From Alphaproteobacteria bacterium (GTDB lineage Bacteria > Pseudomonadota > Alphaproteobacteria > SP197), in the NCBI GenBank assembly GCA_964291415.2, contig OZ219918.1, positions 320,001 to 384,000 on the forward strand: a stretch of 64,000 nt of DNA, given 5' to 3'. Under the pieces are notes generated by a model. That model was not told the DNA's origin, ran no database searches, and saw only the letters and a list, made by a program, of their open reading frames with translations. This document shows positions 1 to 9,041 of the stretch, in pieces; position 1 is the stretch's first letter; every line of letters begins with the position of its first letter. The translations under genes and the position numbers were made by a program.

Positions 1-163
1 ACAACTCGAGGCATGTTGAGGTTCGATGCGTCCGACATCCCGGGATTCCTTCAAGATGGCTTGAAGGATGTTCAATGGGCGATCCCGGCGGTTGGTGTCG
101 AACCGTCTTGCGGGAGGCTCCGGTGAAGTGCCATCGTGACGGGAGCACTCTGGAGATTGACCG

Positions 164-727
164 ATGGCGGCGGCAGGTCTCGTTGAGATCGCACCCCCTT
201 CCTGGGATGTCACGCTCGAACTGGTCTATGCCCGGCCGGACAACTTCACGGGCGCGGCGATCTATGTCCGTCCGCGCTGTTTCCTCGTGGAGGCTGCGGC
301 AGCTTGTCTCGAACGCGCCATTCACTTCGCTGGTGAGCAGGATCTGCGTCTTGTGGTGACCGATGCCTTCCGCCCCTCGGAGGCACAATGGACGCTGTGG
401 TCCCATACGCCGGATGAGAGATTCCTCGCCCATCCTGAACGCGGCTCGCCCCACAGCCGTGGCGTGGCCGTCGATGTCACGCTCGAGACCGGCGCTGGAG
501 AGCGCCTTGACATGGGCGGACCCGTGGATGAACTGACGGAGAACGCGCGTCACGATGCGCCGGGCATCACGTCCGGGCAACGAGCCAACAGGCTCCTTCT
601 CCTCGGCATCATGACGGCGGCGGGGTTCGACTGGTACAATGTCGAGTGGTGGCATTATCAGTTGTTCGATCCGCGCCGCTGGCCGGTGCTGTCGGACAGC
701 GAGGCCGGTACCGGCATCATGGCCTGA
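164..727 (+). CDS. ddpX: D-alanyl-D-alanine dipeptidase (VanX/DdpX, M15D)
   Basis: YARPDNFTG, DAFRP, SPHSRGVAVD (SxHxxGxAxD zinc motif) and EWWHY. Confidence 0.9.
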   Translation: MAAAGLVEIAPPSWDVTLELVYARPDNFTGAAIYVRPRCFLVEAAAACLERAIHFAGEQDLRLVVTDAFRPSEAQWTLWSHTPDERFLAHPERGSPHSRGVAVDVTLETGAGERLDMGGPVDELTENARHDAPGITSGQRANRLLLLGIMTAAGFDWYNVEWWHYQLFDPRRWPVLSDSEAGTGIMA

Positions 728-779
728 CCGGCACCGGCCGGTTGATCGCCTTGTGTGCGCAGGCATACTGGAGACTGCC

Positions 780-1835
780 ATGCGAAATGCACGGATACTT
801 GCCCTGACAGGGGTCATGTGGTGGGGCGCGATGGCATGCCCGGGGGGCGTCGTGCCGTCGCCGGTGGTGGCGGACGAACCACAGTCCGCGGTGGTGGTCG
901 TCTATCACCGGTTTGGCGAGGATGCCTATCCCTCCACCAGTGTCACCATCGAGCAGTTTGAACAGCACCTGGCGATACTCGAAGAGGGGGGATACCAGGT
1001 CCTGCCGCTCGAGGACATTGTCAGGGGCCTTGCCGGAGAGCGCGAACTTCCCGACAGGACCGTGGCCATCACCGTCGACGACACCTACCGGTCCATCCTC
1101 ACCGAGGCCATGCCGCGATTTCTTGACCGGGGATTCCCCTTCACCGTCTTCATCAACACCGACGCGGTGAACAACTCCCTGTCCTCGATCAGCTGGGATG
1201 ATATCCGGGCCATGCACGAGGCCGGCGCCGCCATCGGCGCCCAGAGTGCCGGTCATGGCCACATGGCGTTCATGGATCGCGGCAGGATCGAGGAAGACCT
1301 GGCGCGCATGACATCGGATTTCATCAACGAGCTGGGGTTCGTGCCGAAGTTGTTTGCCTATCCTTACGGGGAATTCAGCGCGGAGCTGACGGCCATGCTG
1401 CGCGATGTCGGATACGTTGCCGCCTTCGGTCAGCATTCGGGCGTTGCCGTCGAAGGGGCGAACATGTTCACCCTGCCACGCTTCGCCCTCAACGAGCGCT
1501 TCGGCACACCGGAGAGATTCCGCACCATCGTCGAGGCGCTCCCCATGCCTGTCGCGGGCTCCCTTCCGCTCGACATGGTCATCCGCCGCCACAGTCCCAA
1601 CCCGCCCCACATCGGGTTTACGGTCGCCGAATACGTCGGCGCTCTCGACCGGTTGGCGTGCTTCCCGTCAAACGGCAGCGAGGTCACGCTCGAAATTCTC
1701 GACAGGCGTGTCGAAGTGCGCCTCGACAGACCCTTCCCGCCGGGTCGCAGCCGTGTCAACTGCACCCTTCCGGCGACCGAGGGACGCTATCGCTGGCTGG
1801 GCATTCCGTTTCTCGTTCCAGGTGGCGAGGAGTGA
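780..1835 (+). CDS. Exported polysaccharide deacetylase (CE4/NodB family)
   Basis: Signal-like N-terminus, VYHRFG, TVDD motif 1, FAYPYGE; start ATG 780 follows GGAG. Confidence 0.85.
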   Translation: MRNARILALTGVMWWGAMACPGGVVPSPVVADEPQSAVVVVYHRFGEDAYPSTSVTIEQFEQHLAILEEGGYQVLPLEDIVRGLAGERELPDRTVAITVDDTYRSILTEAMPRFLDRGFPFTVFINTDAVNNSLSSISWDDIRAMHEAGAAIGAQSAGHGHMAFMDRGRIEEDLARMTSDFINELGFVPKLFAYPYGEFSAELTAMLRDVGYVAAFGQHSGVAVEGANMFTLPRFALNERFGTPERFRTIVEALPMPVAGSLPLDMVIRRHSPNPPHIGFTVAEYVGALDRLACFPSNGSEVTLEILDRRVEVRLDRPFPPGRSRVNCTLPATEGRYRWLGIPFLVPGGEE

Positions 1836-1967
1836 GCGGCCCTGCCGTTCGGGGCACGCACACAACGGGCTGTCCGATGACATCAGCCTGACTGCTGCAA
1901 GGATCGCCGGGTTCCCCTTCGGGGAGGGGCGCGGCGTTTTGCGGCAAAGACGACCGGTGGGCGGCGG

Positions 1968-2876
1968 TCAGGCCTTCAGGGCGGCGAGGCGTGCGGTGTC
2001 GAAATCGGTGAGACGGTTCTGGTCGATCACCGTGTGCACGTGGCTGATGTAGTCCGGCTCCTCGGCATAGCGGTCAAGCGTGCTGGCGAGTGCGTGACTG
2101 TCGAGAGGTTCCGCGTTCTCCCGCAGTCTGGCGCGCAGGTCGCGAAACGACGCGTAGGCAGGGTGGCGGTTGAGATTGCAGACATAGGCAACCACCGCCG
2201 CCTTGAGGTCGCGGAACGACCGGACCACGTGGGTCTTGTCGGGGTCGCGGTTCCGGGGCACGAGACCGGCGTGGCTGCTCCACGACTTCTGGCCGAAGAC
2301 GGCGTTGCCGTTGCGAGCGAAGCGCGAGGTTCCCCAACCCGATTCGATGGCCGACTGGGCCAGGGCCATGGCAACCGGCACCACGTCGACCCGGCGAAGA
2401 AGGTCGTCGATGTTGCCGCTTTCGACCCCGTAGAACTGGGCCATGTAATCGAGCCATGCCACATCGTTCAGGGACGGGCGGGCGCCTCTTGCGATCAACC
2501 GATCGAGATGCTCGAGACGGCGCCGTTCGGCAAGGATCTCCTCGTTGACCTTGAGGATCAGCGGCAACATGACCTTCAGGAAGATCCTCTTGCGCGCGGC
2601 GACATCGTCGATGAGGTGCATGTCGGAGGGCATGCGACTCACCATGACTCGGGGGACGAAAGCAGTCCGGTGACGGATCCCGTCGATGCTGAGGCCGGCG
2701 GTCGACAGAGCCGCATCGAGGAAGGCGGCGGCGCCGTCGATGTCCGTCACCGCCGCCAGGGCGACCGGACGCTGGGAGGGGAGCGGCACAGTCGTGGCGG
2801 CACCCTCGGACTCGGCGATGGCGTGATTTGACGCCAGGAACGCCAGGCACAGGCAGACTGTGGGAAGGAATCTCAT
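1968..2876 (-). CDS. Bax-like glucosaminidase (GH73) domain protein
   Basis: Signal peptide; LAQSAIESGWGTSRFARNGNAVFG, NLNRHPAY, RYAE. Confidence 0.85.
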   Translation of the reverse strand: MRFLPTVCLCLAFLASNHAIAESEGAATTVPLPSQRPVALAAVTDIDGAAAFLDAALSTAGLSIDGIRHRTAFVPRVMVSRMPSDMHLIDDVAARKRIFLKVMLPLILKVNEEILAERRRLEHLDRLIARGARPSLNDVAWLDYMAQFYGVESGNIDDLLRRVDVVPVAMALAQSAIESGWGTSRFARNGNAVFGQKSWSSHAGLVPRNRDPDKTHVVRSFRDLKAAVVAYVCNLNRHPAYASFRDLRARLRENAEPLDSHALASTLDRYAEEPDYISHVHTVIDQNRLTDFDTARLAALKA

Positions 2877-2932
2877 GGATCCGCGGACCTTCGTGAAGGC
2901 AAGAAGAATGATTGAGGTCGACCCGGAGGCGA

Positions 2933-3481
2933 CTAGAGAACCGGGCGGACCTCCACGACATCGGGGATGTAGTGCTTCAGGAGATTCTCGATGCCCATCT
3001 TGAGGGTCATTGTCGAGCTTGGACAGCCGTGACAGGCGCCCTGCATGGCCAGCGAGACGACCCCGTTCCGGTATGAATGGAACACGATGTCGCCGCCGTC
3101 CTGGGCAACGGCAGGCCTCACTCTGGTATCGAGAAGTTCCTTGATCTGCGCCACGACCTCGCTGTCGGCTTCATCGCTCGCCGGCTCGTCCACGCGGACG
3201 GACATGACGGGAGCACCGGTCACGAAGTGTTCCATGATGACCCCGAGAAGGACCGGCTTCATCATCTGCCAGCCGTTCTCCGGCGATCGTGTCACGGAGA
3301 TGAAATCCCGGCCGAGAAACACGCCGGTCACCCCGGCCACGTCAAACAGACGACGAGCCAGCGGCGATATGTCGGCGGAATCGGAATCCGGAAAGTTCGC
3401 GGTTCCCGAGTCCATGACGGTCCTTCCGGGAAGGAACTTCATGGTCAGCGGGTTGGGTGTGTCTTCAGTCTGGATGAACAC
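2933..3481 (-). CDS. NifU/Nfu-family Fe-S cluster carrier
   Basis: FIQTEDTPNP N-terminal domain, RVRPAVAQDGGDI, GACHGCPSS; GTG start inferred. Confidence 0.92.
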   Translation of the reverse strand: MFIQTEDTPNPLTMKFLPGRTVMDSGTANFPDSDSADISPLARRLFDVAGVTGVFLGRDFISVTRSPENGWQMMKPVLLGVIMEHFVTGAPVMSVRVDEPASDEADSEVVAQIKELLDTRVRPAVAQDGGDIVFHSYRNGVVSLAMQGACHGCPSSTMTLKMGIENLLKHYIPDVVEVRPVL

Positions 3482-3754
3482 GGTTCGAGCCCGTTTTGTG
3501 TGTTCTCTTGGTTTGTATAGTGGCGATTCGCCCACGGGAGTTCAAGGGCAGAGATGCCGGGGATGGTGGCGACAGCGAGGGACCTGCCCGGGCCGGTGTC
3601 AAGACAACTGTCCGGAGCGCAAGAGCCGCCGAGGGAATCGTGCACGAGAAGCAGACACTTGATCCGAATGCTCCGTGCCAGGAGTATCAACCGCCAGATC
3701 AGGGGCGAGCAGCGTCTGTCGACCTGACGGACATCGACCGGAGACGAGGTTGAC

Positions 3755-4732
3755 ATGGGGGTGATGGAGCGACTGCGCAATGGCGATCTCGTTGTGCTCG
3801 ACGGGGCAACGGGAACGGAACTCGAGGCTCGGGGTTCCCCGCAGTCTTCGGATGCCTCCTGGGCGGAATGTAGCGTCACCAACCCGGATGTCGTACGCGG
3901 CGTCCACGAGGACTATGTGCGATCCGGTGCCGATGTCATCACGACCAACACCTATTCGACCGGTCCGCATGTCTTGCGCCAGATAGGTCGCGAGGACGCC
4001 ATTGCGCCATGGAATCGCGCCTCCGTTGCCATCGCGCGTGATGCCCTTTCCAGCGCTGCCGACGGTCGCGAGGTTCTCGTGGCGGGCTCCGTTTCGGCGT
4101 ACGGAAACGGCGCCATGCGCTACCCGAGCATGGACGGCAGGTTCACCTGGGGCGAAGACGACCCCGACCTTCTGGGCGCCAACTTCCATGAACAGATCAC
4201 CATCCTGGTCGAAGCCGGCGTCGATCTTGTTCTGCTCGAGTTCCTGGGTGCGACTGCAGACGACATCGAGATTGGGGTAGACAGGGCGCTGGCGTTCGAT
4301 CTTCCCGTCGTCGCTTCACTGAGTGCCACCGTGGACGGCGAGGGGAGGGCCGTTCTGACCGCCGTCACGCCACAAAGCGACGTCAGCAGGAGCGGAACGA
4401 CGGCAGCCGAAGCGGTTCGCCGCATCGCCTTCTCCAGCGTCGCGGCAATCTGCGCGATGCATTCCGAAATCGACGAGATCGAGACGATCCTTCCCGCCAT
4501 CCGCTCCGAATGGAGTGGTCCTGTGGGCGCATATCCCAACCGCACCGGGTTCTGGAACGGTCGCCGCTGGGTCTTCACCGAAGAGGTCACGCCCGAGGAC
4601 TACGCCCGCAAGGCCCGCCGCTGGGTCGAACTGGGAGCGAGCATCATCGGCGGCTGCTGCGGCACGACCCCCGCCATGATCGCGGCAACGAGCGCGCGGC
4701 TCCGAGGCGAGAACATGAGCCCATCCCGGTGA
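3755..4732 (+). CDS. Homocysteine S-methyltransferase family protein
   Basis: LDGATGTEL, GADVITTNTY, GAYPN, IIGGCCG. Confidence 0.88.
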   Translation: MGVMERLRNGDLVVLDGATGTELEARGSPQSSDASWAECSVTNPDVVRGVHEDYVRSGADVITTNTYSTGPHVLRQIGREDAIAPWNRASVAIARDALSSAADGREVLVAGSVSAYGNGAMRYPSMDGRFTWGEDDPDLLGANFHEQITILVEAGVDLVLLEFLGATADDIEIGVDRALAFDLPVVASLSATVDGEGRAVLTAVTPQSDVSRSGTTAAEAVRRIAFSSVAAICAMHSEIDEIETILPAIRSEWSGPVGAYPNRTGFWNGRRWVFTEEVTPEDYARKARRWVELGASIIGGCCGTTPAMIAATSARLRGENMSPSR

Positions 4733-5003
4733 CCCGACGAGAGAGCCATGATGATCCGGCATGCCGACAGCACCTTCCCCTGGCCTACCTGCTGGAAAGG
4801 TTGCAGGCAGTGGCCTTGCACCCCACGACCCCGGAAACCTCTCGGCACGTCCTCGAACCGCAACCGGACTTGACAAGTCCCGACGTTCAATTGCGGGCGC
4901 GTGTCACCTGTCGACTCGAGCCCGGCCATCGGTCGCCTGCCTGTCATCACCGCACGAACGGGGCAGCGGCGATACCCTGTCGCTCGGGCTCCTTGCTGTC
5001 GCC

Positions 5004-6575
5004 CTAGCTCGCTCTCGTGAAGCCTGGCAGGTAGAGACTCGTGCCGTCAGGCCGCAAAACCGGATCGATGTCGTCACGCACAAGAATGGCCGCCAGGCCA
5101 TTGGTGAGAAAGACGTAGGCGCCGGACTCCTCCATCAACTCCTGCATGCGCCGAACGTACCCGGCACGCTTCTCCTCATCGAACTCCGAGAGCTGGAGCT
5201 GATTGAGTTCGCCGTATTCGGGGCTGTTCCACCTCTCCCAGTTCCATACGCCGACCTGCTCGGGCACGAACCACTGCGCCTGGAACGATGGGTCGGGAAG
5301 ACCGCTGTAAAGCTGCAGATACATCTGGATGTCCTTCCAGGTGTCACCCTCGGATTCAAGCCCGAGAGTCCAGAAGGTCCCGTCATCGTACACCAGGATT
5401 TCGACCTCGATGCCGACCTCCGCCAGATTCGCCTGGATCACCTGGGCCATCGTCGTCCACACCGTGGCGTTGAGAATCGTGAGTGTGACCGACATGTCGC
5501 CGACACCGGCCTCGTCCAGCAATGCCCGGGCCTTCTCGACATCGCGGTCGGAGATCAGGTTGCTTTCGCGATGGCCCAGGCTGTTTGCAGCCTGGAATCC
5601 CGTAGCCCGGTCCACGACGCCGAAGAACGCGGCATCGAGGATCTCGGGAACATTGACCGCGTACTGAACGGCCTGACGCACCCGGATATCCCGGAAGTTC
5701 GGGTGGTCGACATTCATGCCCAGCCAATAGTAGTCGAGCGCCGGGAGTTCGATCACGACCGAGCCTTCCGGCGGTTCTGCGCGATAACGCGGCACCGAGC
5801 TGATCGATGCCTTGCAAAGATCGAATTCCCCGGCCTCAAAGGCGAGTTCGGCCGTCTTGTCGTCAGGTACCGGATAGAACACGATTTCGTCGAAGTCCGG
5901 ACGGGGCCCGCTCCACAGATCGTTCCGTCCCAGTGTCAGGCTCTGCGACGGCACCCAGTTCGTCACCCTGTAGGGGCCCGAAGTTGCCGGCATTTCGGTC
6001 TGGATACGCTTGCCCGGCAGCGCCTCGACAGCGGCCTTGCATACGATGACTCCGGAAACCCCCGGAAGAGTCGAACTCCACAAGGGCGCGAAAGGCGCCT
6101 TCATGATGATCGTGCCCGTTCGCTCACCGGTCACCTCGACGCGGTCGAGCAGTGCCCAGTCAGCCTGGTATGGCGACTGGAGCGCGGGATCGAGGATACG
6201 TTCGAAGGAGAACTTGACATCCTCCGCGGTCATGGCTCCGAAACCGTTGGTCCAGCCGAGGTCATTGCGCAGTGCAAAGTTGATGTGGGTATCGTCGATC
6301 TGTTCGATCGATGCGGCAGCATCGAGCTCCCATTCCCACGAAAGGTGCTTCTTCCATCCGATCAGCCCATGCAGTTGCGCGAGATTCACGTTGTATTCGA
6401 AGACCGCAAAGGTATTGGCGGGATCAAGGGTCTGAATGTCGACAACGGAGCGAAGGCGCAGCGTTCCGGCATCATCGGCCCGTGCGCGTCCCGTCATGCC
6501 CGGCAAGGCCGCTGCAAGGCCAAGGCCCGCCCCCGTCTTCATGAGTGTGCGCCTGTTCAGATTCCAGGTTGACAT
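5004..6575 (-). CDS. ABC transporter substrate-binding protein, family 5 (Opp/Dpp-like), Tat-exported
   Basis: NRRTLMK Tat motif, TAEDVKFSFER, SGPY, RVRQAVQYAVN. Confidence 0.9.
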   Translation of the reverse strand: MSTWNLNRRTLMKTGAGLGLAAALPGMTGRARADDAGTLRLRSVVDIQTLDPANTFAVFEYNVNLAQLHGLIGWKKHLSWEWELDAAASIEQIDDTHINFALRNDLGWTNGFGAMTAEDVKFSFERILDPALQSPYQADWALLDRVEVTGERTGTIIMKAPFAPLWSSTLPGVSGVIVCKAAVEALPGKRIQTEMPATSGPYRVTNWVPSQSLTLGRNDLWSGPRPDFDEIVFYPVPDDKTAELAFEAGEFDLCKASISSVPRYRAEPPEGSVVIELPALDYYWLGMNVDHPNFRDIRVRQAVQYAVNVPEILDAAFFGVVDRATGFQAANSLGHRESNLISDRDVEKARALLDEAGVGDMSVTLTILNATVWTTMAQVIQANLAEVGIEVEILVYDDGTFWTLGLESEGDTWKDIQMYLQLYSGLPDPSFQAQWFVPEQVGVWNWERWNSPEYGELNQLQLSEFDEEKRAGYVRRMQELMEESGAYVFLTNGLAAILVRDDIDPVLRPDGTSLYLPGFTRAS

Positions 6576-6737
6576 GATGAACTCCTCCCCTTCTTGGTGA
6601 GACGTGTTGCTCCCATCGGATTCGGAAGTGTTGTTGATGGCACGGTAAGGCCGTTGGTTCAGGGGGGCAACGCGCCGACCCGGGCGAACTGCTGGACCGG
6701 ATCAGTCATCACCGGCTTCCCGGGCCACCGTGGGCCG

Positions 6738-7244
6738 TCACGTGATGTTGATGATCTCCTCGTCGGAGATGGTGCCCGGGATGATGACAAGGGGGATGGT
6801 GAGGCGGCCAGCGAGATGTCCGGCAAGCCAGGACACCAGCTTGCCGCGGCCTTCCGCGGGGTTCGATCCGACGCACAGGAGGTCGATGGTGGGGTCGTCA
6901 TCGACCGCACCCAGGATCTCGTCGCCAATGCGGCCTTCGCGCACCAGGAGTTCCGGCATGACGCCTGCCCAGTCGTTGACGTCTTGCGCGAGCTCGTTGA
7001 GCAGTGCCTCCGCGGCCTCGAGCTGCTCCTCGCGCATCATGTGTTCGACGCCGGACCACTGCCTGAAATCCACGGGCTGTACGACGTGGAGAAGCGCGAC
7101 CCGGCCATGGGTGTTCTTGGCTCGGCGGCAGGCGTAGTGCACCGCCACCCGGCTCGGAGGCGAAGCGTCGACGCAGACCAGGAACTTGACCTGTCCGGCG
7201 ACATGTCCGGGACGCCCGGCGTCCCTTGGCGTTGTCTCGCTCAT
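6738..7244 (-). CDS. Universal stress protein
   Basis: KFLVCVDAS N-terminus and alphaproteobacterial-type C-terminal IPLVIIPG. Confidence 0.88.
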   Translation of the reverse strand: MSETTPRDAGRPGHVAGQVKFLVCVDASPPSRVAVHYACRRAKNTHGRVALLHVVQPVDFRQWSGVEHMMREEQLEAAEALLNELAQDVNDWAGVMPELLVREGRIGDEILGAVDDDPTIDLLCVGSNPAEGRGKLVSWLAGHLAGRLTIPLVIIPGTISDEEIINIT

Positions 7245-7266
7245 CGTGGCCCGGATTGTGTCATGA

Positions 7267-8004
7267 TCAGGTTCGCCGGAACAGGAGGTTGCCTGTGAGG
7301 CCGGCGATGACGGCAGCGATGACGGCGGCGATGCCGTAGAACTCGGACTCGCGGTGGGCGAAGTTGTAGAGTTCGGCGCCAAATCCTGCCTTGGAAACGA
7401 TCAGCGGGGACGACTGAGCCGCCACCACCTCGCCGTCGCGTATCAGGAAGGTGTCCGCGGCATAGGTTCCCACAGGGATACCCGCCGGAAGGGCGATGGT
7501 GGCCCGGAACAGACGTCCGCCGGAGAGGCTGACGGTGCTCGGTTCCACCGGGTAGAGCCCTTCGGCTTGCTTCAGTTCGATCAGCGCCGCGCGGAATTCG
7601 TCGCGCACGGCGGGTTCCATGTCGGCAGGTTCGAGTCGCAGTCCGTCGATGCCGATTTCCAGGACACGGCGCATGTCGGCATCGACAATCTCCACGAGCG
7701 GGCGCGTCGACGCAACGCCGTAGAAACCGGGAACGGACCGGAAAACGGCCGACTGGGCATTGATCCAGATGCCGAAGACCGGCGCCTTCTTGCGGACCAC
7801 CACCTCCCGGCGCGGTCCGCGAACGACGACGACGATGTCGCCTTCGTTCTCGATCGCTCCGAACACCAGGATCTCGGTTCCGTCAAAGTCGGCGGTGATA
7901 CCGATTGCATGGTGCGACAGACCCGCCATGATCTCCTGGGCGGCGGGCTTGCCGGACCCCGCTGAGACCGCCACAAGGAGCGCAAGGGCCACCAGGCGTT
8001 TCAA
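7267..8004 (-). CDS. TIGR02186-family (Alph_Pro_TM) membrane protein
   Basis: ITADFDGTEILVFGAI, VRKK..FGIWIN, C-terminal TM; TTG start overlaps the upstream stop. Confidence 0.85.
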   Translation of the reverse strand: MKRLVALALLVAVSAGSGKPAAQEIMAGLSHHAIGITADFDGTEILVFGAIENEGDIVVVVRGPRREVVVRKKAPVFGIWINAQSAVFRSVPGFYGVASTRPLVEIVDADMRRVLEIGIDGLRLEPADMEPAVRDEFRAALIELKQAEGLYPVEPSTVSLSGGRLFRATIALPAGIPVGTYAADTFLIRDGEVVAAQSSPLIVSKAGFGAELYNFAHRESEFYGIAAVIAAVIAGLTGNLLFRRT

Positions 8005-8924
8005 TGGAACCCCGTCGGCGACAGGGAGTAGAGACTGGCGGGTTCGGCCACCAGGCGCCACAGCAGGGTCGCGCACACACCCAGGACGACAAGAGCCAGA
8101 AGTCCGCGCAACTCCTCGCCGCGCAGCTCCGCCCCGACCCTGGTGCCGAACTGGGCGCCGAAAACGGCTCCCAGCGTCAGGATGCCTGCCAGCATGACAT
8201 CGACCGTCTGCGTGCTGGAGGCGTGCAGGAAGGTCGCGGTGGCCGTCACGAAGGTGATCTGGAAGAGCGATGTGCCGATGACAACGCCGACCGGCATGCC
8301 GAGCAGGTAGATCATGGCCGGCACCAGGAAGAAGCCACCGCCCACACCCATGATGGCGGCGAGAATGCCGATGACGAACCCGAGCATGATCGGCAGCACG
8401 GCGCTGATGTAGAGCCTGGATGTGCGGAAGCGCATCTTGAAGGGAAGGCCGTGGCCCCAGTGATGCACATGGGCCTTGCGGCGCACGTTCGTGCCGCTGC
8501 GCCGGCGCAGGATGGTGCGCACCGCTTCCACCATCATCAGCGTCCCGATGGCGCCCAGCATGACGACGTAGGAGATCGAAATCACGAGGTCGATCTGGCC
8601 GATCTGGCGCAGGATGCCGAACAGCCACACACCGAAGATCGAACCGAGCACGCCGCCGGCGATGAGGACGCCGCCCATCTTGAAGTCGACCTGGCGCCGC
8701 CGCCAGTGCGCCATGAAACCCGAAACGGAAGCCGCCACCACCTGGTTCACCTCGGACCCCACGGCCACGGGGGGCGGGACACCGATGAAGATGAGCAGGG
8801 GAGTCATGAGAAATCCGCCGCCGACCCCGAACAGGCCCGACAGAAAGCCGACCGCGCCGCCCATGCCGAGCAGGAGAAAGATGTCGACGGACATCTCCGC
8901 GATCGGCAGGTAGATCTGGAACAT
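8001..8924 (-). CDS. Sulfite exporter TauE/SafE family permease
   Basis: IYLPIAE; two GVGGGF repeats; multiple TM segments. Confidence 0.9.
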   Translation of the reverse strand: MFQIYLPIAEMSVDIFLLLGMGGAVGFLSGLFGVGGGFLMTPLLIFIGVPPPVAVGSEVNQVVAASVSGFMAHWRRRQVDFKMGGVLIAGGVLGSIFGVWLFGILRQIGQIDLVISISYVVMLGAIGTLMMVEAVRTILRRRSGTNVRRKAHVHHWGHGLPFKMRFRTSRLYISAVLPIMLGFVIGILAAIMGVGGGFFLVPAMIYLLGMPVGVVIGTSLFQITFVTATATFLHASSTQTVDVMLAGILTLGAVFGAQFGTRVGAELRGEELRGLLALVVLGVCATLLWRLVAEPASLYSLSPTGFH

Positions 8925-9041
8925 GGCGGTGGTCGCTGGTTACCGGCGTCTCATCCCTTGTGCGCCTGCCTGCTGCCGGAGACAAGGGATGCGGGCAAGA
9001 AAATGCCCGTTTGCCAGCGTTGGGCCTGCCGTGACCGCCTT

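Noticed and set aside
20-102. Hairpin TCCTTCAAG/CTTGAAGGA and a 13-mer shared with 55077-55089
   Set aside because: A 13-bp match is expected by chance in 64 kb of GC-rich DNA, and upstream context is cut off.
3536-3754. Possible SAM or cobalamin riboswitch before the methyltransferase (GACCTGCC present)
   Set aside because: Only an isolated 8-mer; the other conserved elements are absent.
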